Shown here: positions 16,431 through 30,800 of the stretch, piece by piece
How the letters are laid out: every line of letters begins with the position of its first letter
Position numbering within the stretch: the first letter of the stretch is position 1
Assembly: GCF_009914755.1 (NCBI RefSeq)
Contig: NC_060938.1
Direction: 5' to 3' (one strand)
From: the human T2T-CHM13v2.0 reference genome, Homo sapiens
Length of the DNA: 64,000 nt
The notes under the pieces: model-generated
Database searches by the model: none
The model's input: the letters and a program-made list of their open reading frames with translations, nothing else
Told to the model about the DNA's origin: nothing
Made by a program: the position numbers and the translations under genes

Positions 16431-16689
16431 ATGAGGCAGACACTTTAAGCTTAAGAAAAAAAAAAAGTAAGAATAATGTGACAATTTCTCAGAAGCAAAC
16501 CGATCAACTGTGAGTAACCTCAGTGGTGTTATTTTTTTTTTTAAGAGAAGATTATAACTTCAAAGATAATGCTAGATATATCAGTAGCTTTTTCCTCACT
16601 TTACAGGGAGAACACTTATATGTAGACTTCTGGATAGGGCAACAATAGATGCATTTTCTCCTCTTTTGAATAGTATTAACATGATATGC

Positions 16690-17656
16690 CATTATCACTC
16701 TTTATGTTTAGTTTTAACCTACCTAAGTTTTTATATTTAATTCTTTTGTAGAGAGCTCACTTATCTACTCTGAGAATTTTTGTCTTTTAACTGCTATACT
16801 TAGATCACTCACATTTACAGTCCTCATTAATAGAGTCAGATTAGGATCTACCATGTTATAATTGTTTTCTCTTTCCTGCATTTCTCATTTCTATTTTAAA
16901 TCTTTTTCTTACCTAGTTTTAATTAAGAGTTTAATCTGACTTAATGGTATCTCTTCTCTTAACATGCCATTTATGGTTCTTTTAATTTTGTTTTCTCTTG
17001 AGTGTACAACATCCCTATTAAAATAATTTGTCTGCCTTCAAATACACTATATGACTTTACATATGGTGCAAGTACCTCATAACAATGTATCTCCAATTTC
17101 TCCCTCCTATTCATTATTTCATTGCCATCATTTATCTATCCATATGACATAATTACCCAATATATTGTTCTTATTACTGCTTTAAGCAGTTATATTGTAG
17201 ATAAATTTAAAGTGAGAAAAGTATAAAGAGTATATTTTACCTTCAAATTTTTCCTCCTCTAAAACTCTTCCTTTGTTGATGTGGATCCTAATTTCTGATC
17301 TATGTAATTTTTCTTCTCCCTGACATACTTCTTTTAACATTACTTGCAGAGCAAATCTGCTAGTGACTAATTCCCCAAGTTTTGTTTGTGTGAGGAAAGT
17401 CTTTCGCATTCACTTCAGCAGGATAATTTCACAGGATATAGAATTCTAGATTTTTGTTGTTTTTGTTTTGTTTACTTTCAACACTTTAACATTTCACTGT
17501 ATTTATCTTTTTTTTTTGCATGATTTCTTAAGAGAAGTCTGATGTAATTATTGTCCTTGTTCCTCTATAGATAAGATATTCTCTTCTTCCCTGACCACCT
17601 TCAAGTTTTCTCTTTGTCTTTGGTTTTCTACAGCTTGAATATAACATGTCTAGGTG

Positions 17657-17694
<38 letters not shown>

Positions 17695-17720
17695 TTTGTA
17701 TTTATTCTATGTTGGAGCTT
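16690..17720 (-). mobile_element. Old L1M ORF1/inter-ORF fragment with a (GT)n tract at 17659-17692
   Basis: ggataatttcacaggatatagaattcta and gagaagtctgatgtaatt are reverse L1 ORF1 phrases. Confidence 0.75.
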
Positions 17721-17784
17721 GTGAAGCACATGAAGTCTACATATTCTGTTAACTCTAACTTCAGTGAAAGTGATAAAAGTAGCA

Positions 17785-18110
17785 AACCGGTAACATTTAT
17801 TATGTGCTACTACATGTTAGGCACTAATAGACACAGACAGGTAGAGATATAGATAAAAATATAGACATAGATATTGATTTATAAATTGATATTTATTTGT
17901 ACATATATATACACATGCACACATCTGTATATGTGTATAGCCTCTTTTAATTCTTGCGATAACTCTTTTAGGTAGTTACTTATCTCTATTTCATAAATGT
18001 AGAAATGGAAGCCTAAAATAGTATAACTTGTGCAAGTTCACACAGCAGAGCCCAAATTCAAACCCAGGCAGTCAAATTTTAGATTTTGTGCTGTATAGCC
18101 ACTATGTTTT
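17785..18110 (-). mobile_element. MIR SINE
   Basis: aacttgtgcaagttcacacagc...attcaaacccaggcagtc is the reverse MIR core. Confidence 0.75.
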
Positions 18111-20629
18111 ATTAGCTATGTAACTAAATAAGGTTTTAGTTTTGCACCAGAACTGGAAGCTGTGACTGAATACCATCCACAGATCAGCACCACAGAGGAA
18201 TTTTTGCCGATATTGATGCAACTGAGATTAAATTTAAAGACAGATTAATGTAGAATGACCCTTCTATGGAAAAGCAGGATAGCTACAAATTCAAGGAAAG
18301 AGACTCTGATAGCAATTATCTGACACCCCCTAACTCAGAGGGTTAAGTTTAAGCTTTAGAGATCTTTGGAGACACCCATTTCTACTTGTCACAGGAAATT
18401 GATGAGATTTAGATCCCCACCCCTCAAGGCTTTATAATTCCCAGGTGTTATTCTTCAACTGAGAGTCATCTTGAGCAGAGAACATTCCTACTAAGCCTTG
18501 CTCCTTTAGGGAGCACTCATATCAAACCAAGAAAACAGAGACTAAGACATTTCTGTGATTCCAACTTCTTTCTCATTTCTCTCAGGCTCCTGAATCTCAG
18601 TAGTAATAAAGCAAGACTACTGTAAATATTATTTTTTCCATTTATTCACCAATAAATTTAAAGTATTCAAAGTGCACAAATCTCTTATTCAAATAAAAGC
18701 CAAAATCAGGCAAGCACAATCTACCTTATGCAAGGAATTAAATGTGAAAAATCATTACTTTCATGAGAAAATATGGCAGTTCACAGAAACTGAAATTTTT
18801 AAATCAAAAATATATTTCTGAAATATAATTATTGTTAAAAAACATTTTAGAAAATGACCCATGCATATTATTAAAGTATTTTCTGTTAAAAATAAAAATT
18901 TGAGCTCATATACTTAAAATCCATGTAAATGACCCAATATATTCAATAGGAAAAATTATCTATTTCAGCAGAAGCCAGAGAATATCATCTAAATGTTGAC
19001 ATTTCAAGAAACTGGACATAAATGAAACCAAAGTGAGATATGAAACAATGCAGCAAGGAGAATAAGAAACCTGCCTAAAAATGAATTTTGAAACCAAGGG
19101 TAAAATGCAAGGGCATAACTAATGATTGCTCATAGTGTATCTTAGATAAAATGCCAATTCAAGCTAAGGGTGTGGGTGTGACAGGGGGGTGGGGGGAGGG
19201 TGGTGTGTGCTGCTAGAATTTAGGTTTTTGAAATCCAAGTTTTACTCCAGAACACTAATTCCTTAGAAGGAGGGCCTTTCCAACTCAGAGTAATGTCACC
19301 TAGGGTATTTTTTCTTAACACTGATCAGGTTGTTTTTCTGCTATTTGCTAAGATGACAGAAGTTCATGTCCTTCAGAACAGGGTTTGAGAAGTTGGATGT
19401 TAAGGTATATGTGTTTGAATCTGTTGCATCTGAATTTATAACAATTGTTCCAAGCACCAATTTAGATAGACTGAATTCTACTATATGTAGCCTACTTACA
19501 GTTTGCACTTACTATGAACAACATTCTGAATAAATCTTCAGCCTTACCAAGGATGCTTCCTTTAAAGACAATTTGAGATGGATTTTTGCATTATTTCGTT
19601 TGACTTGCTATAGTACTTGAAAGACAAAATATTTTGCAAGTATTCTCCCTGCCTACGTATATCCTGTCTTACTCAGTGCAGATTATAAAAGCCATAGACA
19701 GATGAAAAATCATTCAATATTTTCTGTTGCTTGTGCAAGATTAAGATTGTCTGACAAAAACCACATCACTTCCAAATTCTTTGCAATCATAGACCCTTTT
19801 CTAACAGAGAAAGTGGGTTGATTTGGGAGTATAAAGAGAGAGCCTAATATGTGAAATCTTAACAAATATCTTTCTTTGAAAAGAACTTACCCAAAGCTGT
19901 GAAAAAATCTTTCTTAACATTCACATTTTTAAAATGTGATTTGAAAGATAATTGCACTTATATAAATTATATAAAATTAATTTAGAAATTATAGAAAAAA
20001 TACTGAGAAAAGTGAGAAAAATCATAGCTATTTAAAAACATAATTACTGAGAAGAAAAACTCAATAGAATTATGCAAACAAAACTTTATAGAGGCGGTAA
20101 AGATCTACATGGTAAATTATTTCAGAATATAAACAAGAAAGATAAGATGATAGAAACTATGAGTACGAAAATTCTATGTACTTTCTATTCTCCAAAGAGA
20201 AAAATATTCTAAAAAAGAATTATATACTCTAAAAAAAGCAATTACAAATTTTTAAAAAGTTCTATTAATTTTTTATTAATTTAATGAAATAAAATAACAA
20301 TTTAATATTTTTTATTAATTTAATTTTAAAATGTTAATTGAAAAGTTGTTTTGGAAAAATAGAAGTGATAAGTAAAATAATATAAAATTAGATTTATTGA
20401 GTCATTGCTTTAATATGTTTATTAGTCTTAAAAATAATATAAAAATAAATTAATAATGAAAAATATTATTCTCAAGTAAATTCTCAGTGCTTTTCTGAGG
20501 TTGTCAAGATTATATGACATGGTGAATCTAATGCACTGATTCAAATACCTAGTACATAATACTTTCTCAACAAGTGACAAATTATAGTAATGATTATAAT
20601 CATTATTATTACTACAGTATTGTCAACCT

Positions 20630-21500
20630 TTACCTCAAGCCACAGACAAGGAGAAAATATTCACAATACATATATCTGGAAAGAACTTATGCTCAGAATA
20701 TATGAAGAATACCCACAAGTCAATAATAATAAGCAAGTAATCCATTAAGCAAAAATAGTTGTAGAGACAATTCACATATAAAGATGTATCAATGGCCAAT
20801 AATTACATTAAAAGATATTGACTATCATGAGCCATCAGAGAAATGCAAATTAGGATCACAAACGCATGAAACTGCAAGCAGCCAAGAATGGATAAATCAA
20901 GAGTGACAACAACAAATGCTAGTGAGGTTGTGGAATGACCTCTTATATTGACGTTAAAATGGTAAAATGGTACAATGAAATTTGAAAAAAAGTTTGCATT
21001 TTCTTATCAAATTAAACATGCATCTATTCTGCAACCACACAATTCTATTCCTAGTTACTTTTCCAGGGGAAATTAAGATGTATGCCTACAAAAGACTTAT
21101 AAAAATATGTTCATAGCAACTTCATTTACAATAGAAAAAAATGAAAATAACCCAGAGTTCAATCAGCAATACATGCACACATTTTAGTATATTTGTTTAA
21201 TAGAATACTGCTTAATGATAAAAAGAAAGAAACAACATGAATGAATTTTAAAAACATTCTAAGGAGAAGAAAAAGCTGGACACAAAAAAACACATTCTGA
21301 ATAATCCCGTATATATGAAGTTCTAGAACAGATCAGTGGTTGTTCTGTGCAGGAAGAGGCAGTAAAAAATGTTGGGTGTAATAAACATGTTTTTATCTTG
21401 AAAAGGATGGGGCTTATATTTGTGTATGCACATGTAAAATGTATTAAGTTGTAAAATTAAGATTAGTCTGTTGCACTGTATGTAAATGTAAATTTTACAA
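20630..21500 (+). mobile_element. Old L1M(E/C) 3' end
   Basis: gagaaaatattcacaatacatatatctg, catcagagaaatgcaaatt and a 3' UTR-like tail. Confidence 0.75.
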
Positions 21501-21575
21501 AAAGCAAATCAGTGATAAGTTTGATGTTTGGAAACAAACATTAAACACCATTGAGCAGGTTTCTTTTTATAGCGG

Positions 21576-21922
21576 TGTATTAGTCCATTCTCATGCTGCT
21601 ATGGAGAAATATCCAAGACTGGGTAATTTATGAAGAAAAGAGTTTAATTGACTCACAGTTCTGAGTAGATGGGGAGGCCTCAGGAAACTTAGAATCATGG
21701 TGGAAGACGCCTCTTCAAAGGGTGGCAGGAGAGAGAAGTGCTGAGCAAAGGCGGGGAAAGCGCCTTAGAAAACCATCAGATCTCATGAGAACTCACTCAC
21801 TATCGTGAGAGCAGCATAGGGATAATCGTCCCCATAATTCAATTATCTCCCGCAACAGGTGGGGATTATGGAAACTACAATTCAAGATGAAATGTGGGCG
21901 TGGACACAGCCAAACCATATCA
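21576..21922 (-). mobile_element. Solo MaLR LTR (THE1C/D-MST type)
   Basis: tgtattagtccattctc ... cacagccaaaccatatca. Confidence 0.9.
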
Positions 21923-22338
21923 AGTGATATCTTTTAAAATGCTGAAACTATTTTTTAACAACTTAAGCAAATAAATAAGCTTTTGAGAATTATAGGAACC
22001 AGATTTCTCACAGTTCCAACACAATGTTACCAATAGAAAGGCAGAAGACTAGAATGTACCCTGTGGTGTTTGTTTGATATCAGAGATAATGTATCAATAT
22101 GCAATCACGGTTTCAATATATGTAAACTATGTGTCTATATTGTAGCTCTCTGCAGAAAGGGTCTAGAAATAATAACAAGTGCAATTAAACTTATCTACTA
22201 GTTGCTTATTACATGCCATATTTCACTAATAAGAACGAGGATTCCTTGGAGAAAATGCTGATTTCAGAGTTGGAAGTGAGAGCAAGTAAAAGATGGGCCT
22301 GAAATAACTTTTTGCATCAGGAAATAAGAAAGTGCTAG

Positions 22339-22701
22339 GTCTTAGTCTGTTCAGGCTGCTATAACAAAATACCATGGACTGAGTGTAACAACAGACACTT
22401 ATTTCTTCTACTTCTGGAGGTTGAGAAGTCCAAGTTCAAGGTGCCATCCAATTTAGATCCTGGTGAGGGTCCTCTTCCTTCTCTTTCCTCTCTGTGTCTT
22501 CAATGGTCTTCAGTGGTGGAGAGAGAGTTCTAGTTTGTCTTCCACTTTTAGTAAAGACACTAATCCCATCATGGGACCCCACGTCATGACCCAAACCAAA
22601 TTACCTTGCAAAGACCCCTGGCTCCAAATGTCCTACAATTAGGAGTTAAAACTTCAACATAGAAATTTGGGGGTGGGGACATAAACTTTCAGTTCATAAC
22701 A
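22339..22701 (-). mobile_element. MLT1A-type MaLR LTR
   Basis: gtcttagtctgttcaggctgctataacaaaatacca...gaagtccaagttcaaggtgcca. Confidence 0.85.
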
Positions 22702-23225
22702 TGTTTCCAAAAAATTATAGAAATATAAAAAGGATGTAAATATTATCACAAAGGAGGTTCCACTGGCTAAATTTGTGACAATTTGATCATCAAAATAAAT
22801 CATTATACTAATGAATTATAACCCAGTTTAAGAAATAAGAATCCATGATATAAATAAATGCTCGAATAAGCAAGTAAATGAGGAAATTCTACTGTAGAAT
22901 TTTAACATATATAGATATAGAATTAGATGAAGTTACAAAACCATCAAAAGATGTTGAAACAGGTATGTGAAAGTTTAAAAAAATGAAGACCAGAACACTT
23001 TTACATAGTCTCAAAATACCTCCTTACAAATTATTTAATACAAGAAGAAAAAAACAATAAGATTACATGAGCAACTTGACAATATCCACCTTAAGCAACT
23101 GAGCAAAGATAATATCACCATTACTGGGAAAAATTGATATCATGTTTCTCCAGATAGAATATAATTTCTGTGGTATTCTTGTCAAAATGCATGACCTAAA
23201 TCAAATAATAAAGAAATATAAAATA

Positions 23226-23578
<353 letters not shown>

Positions 23579-23934
23579 TCACTTTAAAGAAAGACAGAAC
23601 AGCTGAGAGATATTCTAGATTAAAAGAAGCTGAAGAGCCATGAGGGCTAAAATGAATTTTGAGATTGTGGATTGCATCTTTGACTAAACAACAACAACAA
23701 CAAAAAGCTGTAAAGGAAATTATTGATACAACAGATGCAATCTGAATACTGGTTAGAGTTGTGGATATTTATCAATATCAAATGTCCTTATTTTGATAAT
23801 TGTACTGTTGTCATGTGAGAGAATATTCCTGTTGTTCAGAAATACTTCCTGATATATTTAGGGGTAATGAGAAACAATGTCTCTAAATTACTTTTATAAG
23901 ATTCAGAAAAATAAAAATTCCGTACATATTTTTT

Positions 23935-24280
23935 AGAAGGTAGCCTCCACGAAGGGCTCCCATGATCCCTGCCTTGAGGTATTTCATGGGCTGGATTTTG
24001 GAGACTTGCTTTTCAGGACTAGAAGGCAGAGACATGGTATGTGTTTTCAAGGGTAGTTTGTAAGAGTGAGTGTAGCCTTACCATCTCTTAGACTTGCAGG
24101 ATCTTCAGGCTACACTCTGCAGACATATTGAGTAGAATCTTAAGAGAGATCCTAAGCAAGACACCCAGCTGAGGTGCCCCCTGATTCCTAATCCTTGCAA
24201 ATGGTGTGATATGTTGAAAGTTGTTTAAGTTGCCAGGTTTTGGAGTGATTTACTACCCAATAGTGAATATATACTATATG
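23935..24280 (+). mobile_element. Degenerate MLT1 (E/F-like) LTR
   Basis: catgatccctgcctt...cacccagctgag...gttgtttaagttgccaggttttggagtgatt. Confidence 0.6.
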
Positions 24281-24837
24281 TTTCTTTTCATATGAAATCC
24301 TAAGCTAGATAAAACTAAATGATATTGAAATGTACAGCACTGCTAAGTTTTGGACGTAATCTGTTAAACTACAAAAGATAACTACTACCAACAGACATAA
24401 AGTGAAAGGGAGAGAATAAAAGAGACTGGGGGAGAAAGAGAGAGAGAGAGAGGAGACAATGATAAAGCAAACTAAGAAAAAGTAAAAATTAGTGAATCTT
24501 GGTAAAATATATATGGGTGTTCTCTTACTATTATTGCATAGTTTTTGTAAGTTTGTAATTATATGGAAACAAAAACAGTAACAAATAAAAACTAGTAAAT
24601 AATGTCATGGTCAATTCACACAAATAATATTTGGCATATAATTGTTCATCAAATGGTAGCAGTTATCATCATCATTATTACTATTACTAATCTGATGTGA
24701 GTCTCATGTAGCAATGGACACAATAAAGGAAAAGTTGATAAAACAATTCAATATATTTTCGGAAAACCTACTATCAAAATAAAAGGTAGGGTACTTTCTA
24801 TTTCCAAAAGCTGATGAAAGATGTAAAATATTAAACT

Positions 24838-27800
24838 TTTTAAATTTTTAATTGTGACTACATAGTAGGTGTACATATTTATGGGGCACATGAGAGTTTT
24901 TGATATAGGCATACAATGCATAATAATCACATCATGGAAAATGGGGTATCTGTCTTCTCAAGCATTTATCCTTTGTGTTACAAAAAATCCAAATACACTC
25001 TTTCGGTTATTATAAAATGTACAACAAAATTATTTTGACTATAGTCACTGATATGGTTTGGCTGTGTCCCCACCTAAATCTCATCTTGTAGCTCCAATAA
25101 TTCCCATGTGTTGTGGGAGGGACCTGGAGGGAGGTTATTGAATCATGGTGGTGGGCCTTTCCCATGCTGTTCTCATGATAGTGAATGGGTCTCATGAGAT
25201 CTGATGGTTTTAAAAATGGTTGTTTCTCCGCACAAGCTCTCTCTTTGTCTGCTGCCATCCATGTGTAAGATGCGACTTGCTCCTCCTTGCCTTCCACCAT
25301 GATTGTGAGGCCTCCCCAGCCATGTGGAACTGTAAGTCCAATAAACCTCTTTCTTTTGTAAATTGCCCAGTCTTGAGTATGTGTTTATCAGCAGTGTGAA
25401 AAAGGATGAATACAGTAAATTGGTACCAATACAGTGGGGTGCTGCTGAAAAGATACCAAATGACGTGAGAGCAACTTTGGAACTGGGTAACAGGCAGAGG
25501 TTGGAACAGTTTGGAGGGCTCAGAAGAAGACAGGAAAATGTGGGACAGTGTGGAACTTCTTAGAAACTTGTTGAATGGCTTTGCCCAAAATGCTGATAGA
25601 GATATGAACAATACAGTCCAGGCTGAGGTGACTTCAGGTGGAAATAAGAAACCTGTTGGGAACTGGAGCAAAGATGACTCTTGCTATGTTTTAGCAAAGA
25701 GATTAGTGGCATTTTGCCCCTGCCCTAGAGATTTGTGGAACTTTGAACTTGAGAGAGATGATTTAAGGTATCTGGCAGAAAAAATATCTAAGCAGCAAAG
25801 CATTCAAGAAGTGACTTGGGTGCTATTAAAGGCATTCAGTTTTATAAGGGAAGCAGAGCATAAAAGTTCAGAAAATTTGCTGCCTGATAATATGATAGAA
25901 AGGAAAATCCCATTTTCTGAGGAGAAATTCAAACTGGTTGCAGAAATTTGCATAAGTAAAGAGGAGTCAAATGTTAATCACCAAGACAATGGAGAAAATG
26001 TCTCCAGGGCATGTCAGAGGTCTTCACAGCACCCCTCTCATCACAGGCCCAGAGGCCTAGGAAGAAAAAGTGGTTTGGTGAATCGGACCCAGGGTCACTG
26101 TGCTATGTGCAACTTAGGGACTTGGTGACCTGCGTCCCAGCCACTCCTGCCAAGGCTGAAAGGGGCCAACATAGAGCTCAGGCCATGGGGCTTCAAAGGG
26201 TACAAGCCCCAAGCCTTGGCAGCTTCCATGTGGTATTGAGCCTGTGGGTGCACAAAAGTCAATAATTGAGGTTTGGGAACCTCCACTTAGATTTCAGAAG
26301 ATGTATGGAAATTCCTGGATGTCCAGGTAGAAGTTTGCTATAGGGGCAGTGTCCTCATGGAGAACCTCTGCTAGGGTAGTGTGGACAGGAAATGTGGGGT
26401 GGGAGCCCCCACATAGAGTCCCTACTGGGACACTACCTGGTGGAGCTATGAGAAGAGTGCCGCCATCCTTTAGACCCCAGAATGGTAGATCCACCTACAG
26501 CTTGCACCATGCACCAGGAAAAGCCACAGACACTCAACACCAGCCCATGAGGGCAGCTGGCAGGGAGACTCTACCCTGCTAAGCCACAAGGGTGGAGCTG
26601 CCCAAGGCCATGGCAACCCACCTCTTGCATCAGCATGACCTGGATGTGAGACATGGAGTCAAAGGAGATCATTTTGGAGCCTTAAAATTTGACTGCCCCG
26701 CTGGATTTCACACTTGCATAGGGGCTGTAGCCCCTTTATGGGGGCCAATTTCTCCCATTGGGAATGGCTGTATTACCCAATGCCTGTACCCCCATTGTAT
26801 CTAGGAAGTAACTAAGTTGCTTTTGGTTTTACAGGCTCATAGGCAGAAGGGACTTGCCTTGTCTCAGATGAGACTTTGGACTGTGGAATTTTGAGTTAAT
26901 GCTGAAATGAGTTGAGACTTTAGGGGACTGTTGGGAAGGTATGACTGGTTTTGAAATATGAAGATATGAGATTCGAGAGGGGCCGGGGGTGGAATGATAT
27001 GGTGTGGCTCTGTGTCCCCACCCAAATCTCATCTTGTAGCTCCCGGAATTCCCATGTGCTGTAAAATAGTAGGTCTTATTCATTATTTCTATTTTCTGTA
27101 CCCATTAGCCATCCCTACCTGCCCCCCACTGCCACTACACTTCCCATCCTTCTATCATCCTTCTACCATCTATCTCCATGAATTCAATAGTTTTGAATTT
27201 TAGACCACACTAATAAGTGAGAACATGCAAATTTTGTCTTCCATGCCTGGCTTTTCACTTAACATGATAACCTCCAGTTCTGTTCATGTTGTTGCAAGTT
27301 ATAGGCTCTCAATCTTTTTATGGCTGAATAGTACTACGTTGTATATATGTACCATGTGTTATTTATCCATCCATCTATTAATGGACACTTGGGTTGCTTC
27401 CAAATCTTGACTATTGTGAACAGTGCTGTAACACACATGGGAATGCAGATATCTCTTTGGTATACTTATTTCCTTTCTTTTGGATATATATCCAACAGTG
27501 GAATTGCTAGATCATATGGTAGTTCTATCTTTAGTTTTTTATGAAACCTTCAACCTGTTCTCCATTGTAATTGTACTAATTTACATTCCCACTAACAGTG
27601 TACAAAGGTTCCCTTTTCTCCACATCTTCTTCACCAATTGTTATTGCCTGTCTTTTGGATGAAAGCAATTTTAACAGGAGTAAGATGATATCCTATTGTA
27701 GTTTTGATTTGCCTTTCTTTGATGATTCAATGATTTTGATACGTTATTGTATGCCTGTTTGTAATTTAAATGTCTTCTTTTGAGAAATATCTATTCAAAT

Positions 27801-30800
27801 ATTTTGCACATTGTTAAATTGGATTATTAGATTTTTTTTCTATAGAGTTGTTTGAGCCTCCTTATATATTCTGGGTATTAATCCCTCATCAGCTGGGTAA
27901 TCTGAGAATATTTGCTCCCATTCTGAAGGTTTTCTCTTTTCTTTGTTGGTTGTTTCCCTTGCTGTGTTGAAGCTTTTTAAAGTGATGTGATCCCATTTGT
28001 CTCTTTTTGCTGTGGTTGCCTATGCTTGTGGGGTATGAGTCAAGAAATGTTTGCCCAGTCTAATACCCTACAGAGTTTCCCCAGTGTTTTCTCTTAGTTG
28101 TTCTGTATCATGAAGTCTTAAATTTAACTCTTTAGTTTCAATTTTTTATATGGTATGAGAGAGGGGTCTAGTTTTATTCTTCCCCATATGGATATCCACT
28201 TTTCCCAGCACTATTTATTGAAGAGACTGTCTTTTCCCAAAGTGTATGTTTTCGGTGACTTTGTTGAAAATTAGTTCACTGTAGGTGTGTGGATTTATTT
28301 CTGGGTTCTCTATTCTGTTCCATTAGTGTATGTATCTGTTTTTATGCCAGTAGCATTCTTTTTTGGTTACTACAGCTCTGTAGTATAAATTGAAGTCAGG
28401 TAATGTGATTCCTCCAGTTTTGTTCTTTTTGCTTCGGCTAGCTTTGGCTGTTCTGTGATTTTTTTGTGTGTAGTTCCATATAAAGTTTGGAATTTTTTTT
28501 TTCTATTTTTGCGAGGAATGTCGTTGGTATTTTGATAGTGATTACATTAAATCTGTAGATTGCTTCAGGTAGTGTGGACATTTTGACTATATTGATTCTT
28601 CCAATTATGAACATGAAATATCTTTCTGTTTTTTGATGTCCTCCTCATTTTTTTCATAGTTTTTATTGTAGAGATCTTTCACTCCTTTAGTTAAGTTAAT
28701 TCCTAGGTATTTAATTTTATGTGTGGCTATTTTAAATGGGGCTACTTTTTCTATTTATTTTTAGATTTTTCACTGTTGGTATAGAAATGCCACTGATCTT
28801 TGCATGTTCTCTTTGTTTCAGCAACTTAACTAAATTTGTTTATCAGTTTTCTTGTGCAGTTTTTTGAAAATATCATATCATATCATGTGCAAACAAGGGT
28901 AATTTTACTTTTTTCTTTCCAATTTAGATGCCAGTATTTCTTTCTCTTGTCTAATTTCTCTAGCTAGAATCTCCAGTACTGTGACATTTCACAGTGGTAA
29001 AAGTGGGCATCATTGTATTGTTCCATATCTTAGAGGAAAGGCTTTCAGTTTTTTCCCATTTATTATGAGACCAGTGGTGGGTCTGTCACATATGGCTTTT
29101 ATTACACTGGATTACCTTCCTTCTATACCCAGATTTTTGCATTTTTATCATAAAGGAATGTTACATTTTGTCAAATGCTTTTCAGCATCAATTGAAAAGA
29201 TCATAGTAGTCATAGTTTTTGTCATTCATTCTGTTGATAAGATGTATCACATTGATTGATTTGCATATGCTGAACCATCCTTACATCCCAGGGATAAATC
29301 CCACTTGGTCATGATAAATAATCTTTCTAATGTATTGTTTAATTTGGTTTGCTAGTATTTTGTTGAGAATTTTTGCATCAATATTTATCAGAGATATATT
29401 TTTTGATGTTTCTTTGTCTGGTTTGGGTAACAGGGTAATACTGGCCTCATAGAACGAATTTGGAAAGAAGCCCTCCTCCTCAATTCTTCAGAATAGTTTG
29501 AGTAGGATTGGTGTTAGCTCTTCTTTAAATATTTAGTAAATTTGTCATTGAAGACATTGGATCTTGGACTTTACTGGGAAACTGTTTATTACTGCCTTCA
29601 TCTTGTTACTTGTTATTGGTCTGTTCTGGTTTTGAACTTCTTCCCAGTTCAATCTCGTATGTGTCTAGGAATTTGTCCATTTCTTCTAGGCTTTTTAATT
29701 TATTGGCATATAGTTTCTCATAGAAGCCACTAATGATCCTTTGAATTTCTGCAGTATCAGTTGTAATATCTTCTTTTTTATCTCTGATTTTCTTTATTTG
29801 GGTCTTTTTCCATTTTTCTTTGTTAGTCTAGCTAAACAAAACTTTGTCAACTTTGTTTATCTTTTCTAAAATAAAATTTTTATTTCATTCATTTTTGTAT
29901 AGTTTTGTCATTTAAAATTTATGCTCTCATCTTTATTATTTATTTTATTCTATTAATTTTAAGTTCTATTTGCTCTTGCTTTTTAGTTCTTAAAAATGCA
30001 TTACTAAGTTATTTATTGAAAGTGTTTGTTCTTTTTGATGTAGGCACTTATCGCTATAAATTTTCCTCTTAGTACTACTTTCACCATTTCCCATAGATTT
30101 TCATGTGTTGTGTTTCCATTATCATTTGCTTCAAGAAACTTTTCAATTTTTTTCTTAATTTCTTTATTGACCCACTGGTCATCCAAAAGCATATTATATA
30201 ATTTCCATGTGTTTATATAGTTTTCAACATTCCTCTTATTATTAATTTCTGGTTTTATTCCATTGTGGTCAGAGAATATGCTTGATATTACTTTAATTTT
30301 TGAATATTTTAGGATTTGTTTTGTAAGCTAAATATGGCCTACCCTTCAGAATGATCCATGTGCTGGAGAGATGAATGTATATTCTGCTGCTTTTGGATAA
30401 AAGGTTCTGTAAACATCTATTAGGTCCATTTGTTGTACAGTGCAGATTAAATCTAACCTTTCTTTGTTGAGTTTCTGCCTGGGAGATCTGTGCAATACTG
30501 AAAGTGGAATGTTGAAGCCTCCAACTATTATTGTAACATGCTGTATCTCTCTCTTTAGCTCTAGCAATATTTGCTTTATATACCTGTGTGCTCCTGTGTT
30601 GGGTGCATATATATTTACAAGTGTTATCTCTTGTTGCTAGATTGACCTCTTTACCATTATGTAATGACCTTCTTTGTCTCTTCTTACAGTTTTTTGTCTT
30701 GAAATCTATTTTGTCTAGTATAAGTTTAGCAACTTTGGCTTTTTAATTTTTTTTGGTTTCTATTGGCATGAAATATCTTTTTCCATTCCTTTAGTTTCAG

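Noticed and set aside
18150-18250. Possible exon after ttttgcaccag (ELEAVTEYHPQ...)
   Set aside because: Short, ends in a stop, no convincing donor and no recognisable protein
20250-20470. Very AT-rich stretch with a repeated ttttttattaatttaat (S/MAR-like)
   Set aside because: Low complexity; such matches are expected at this base composition
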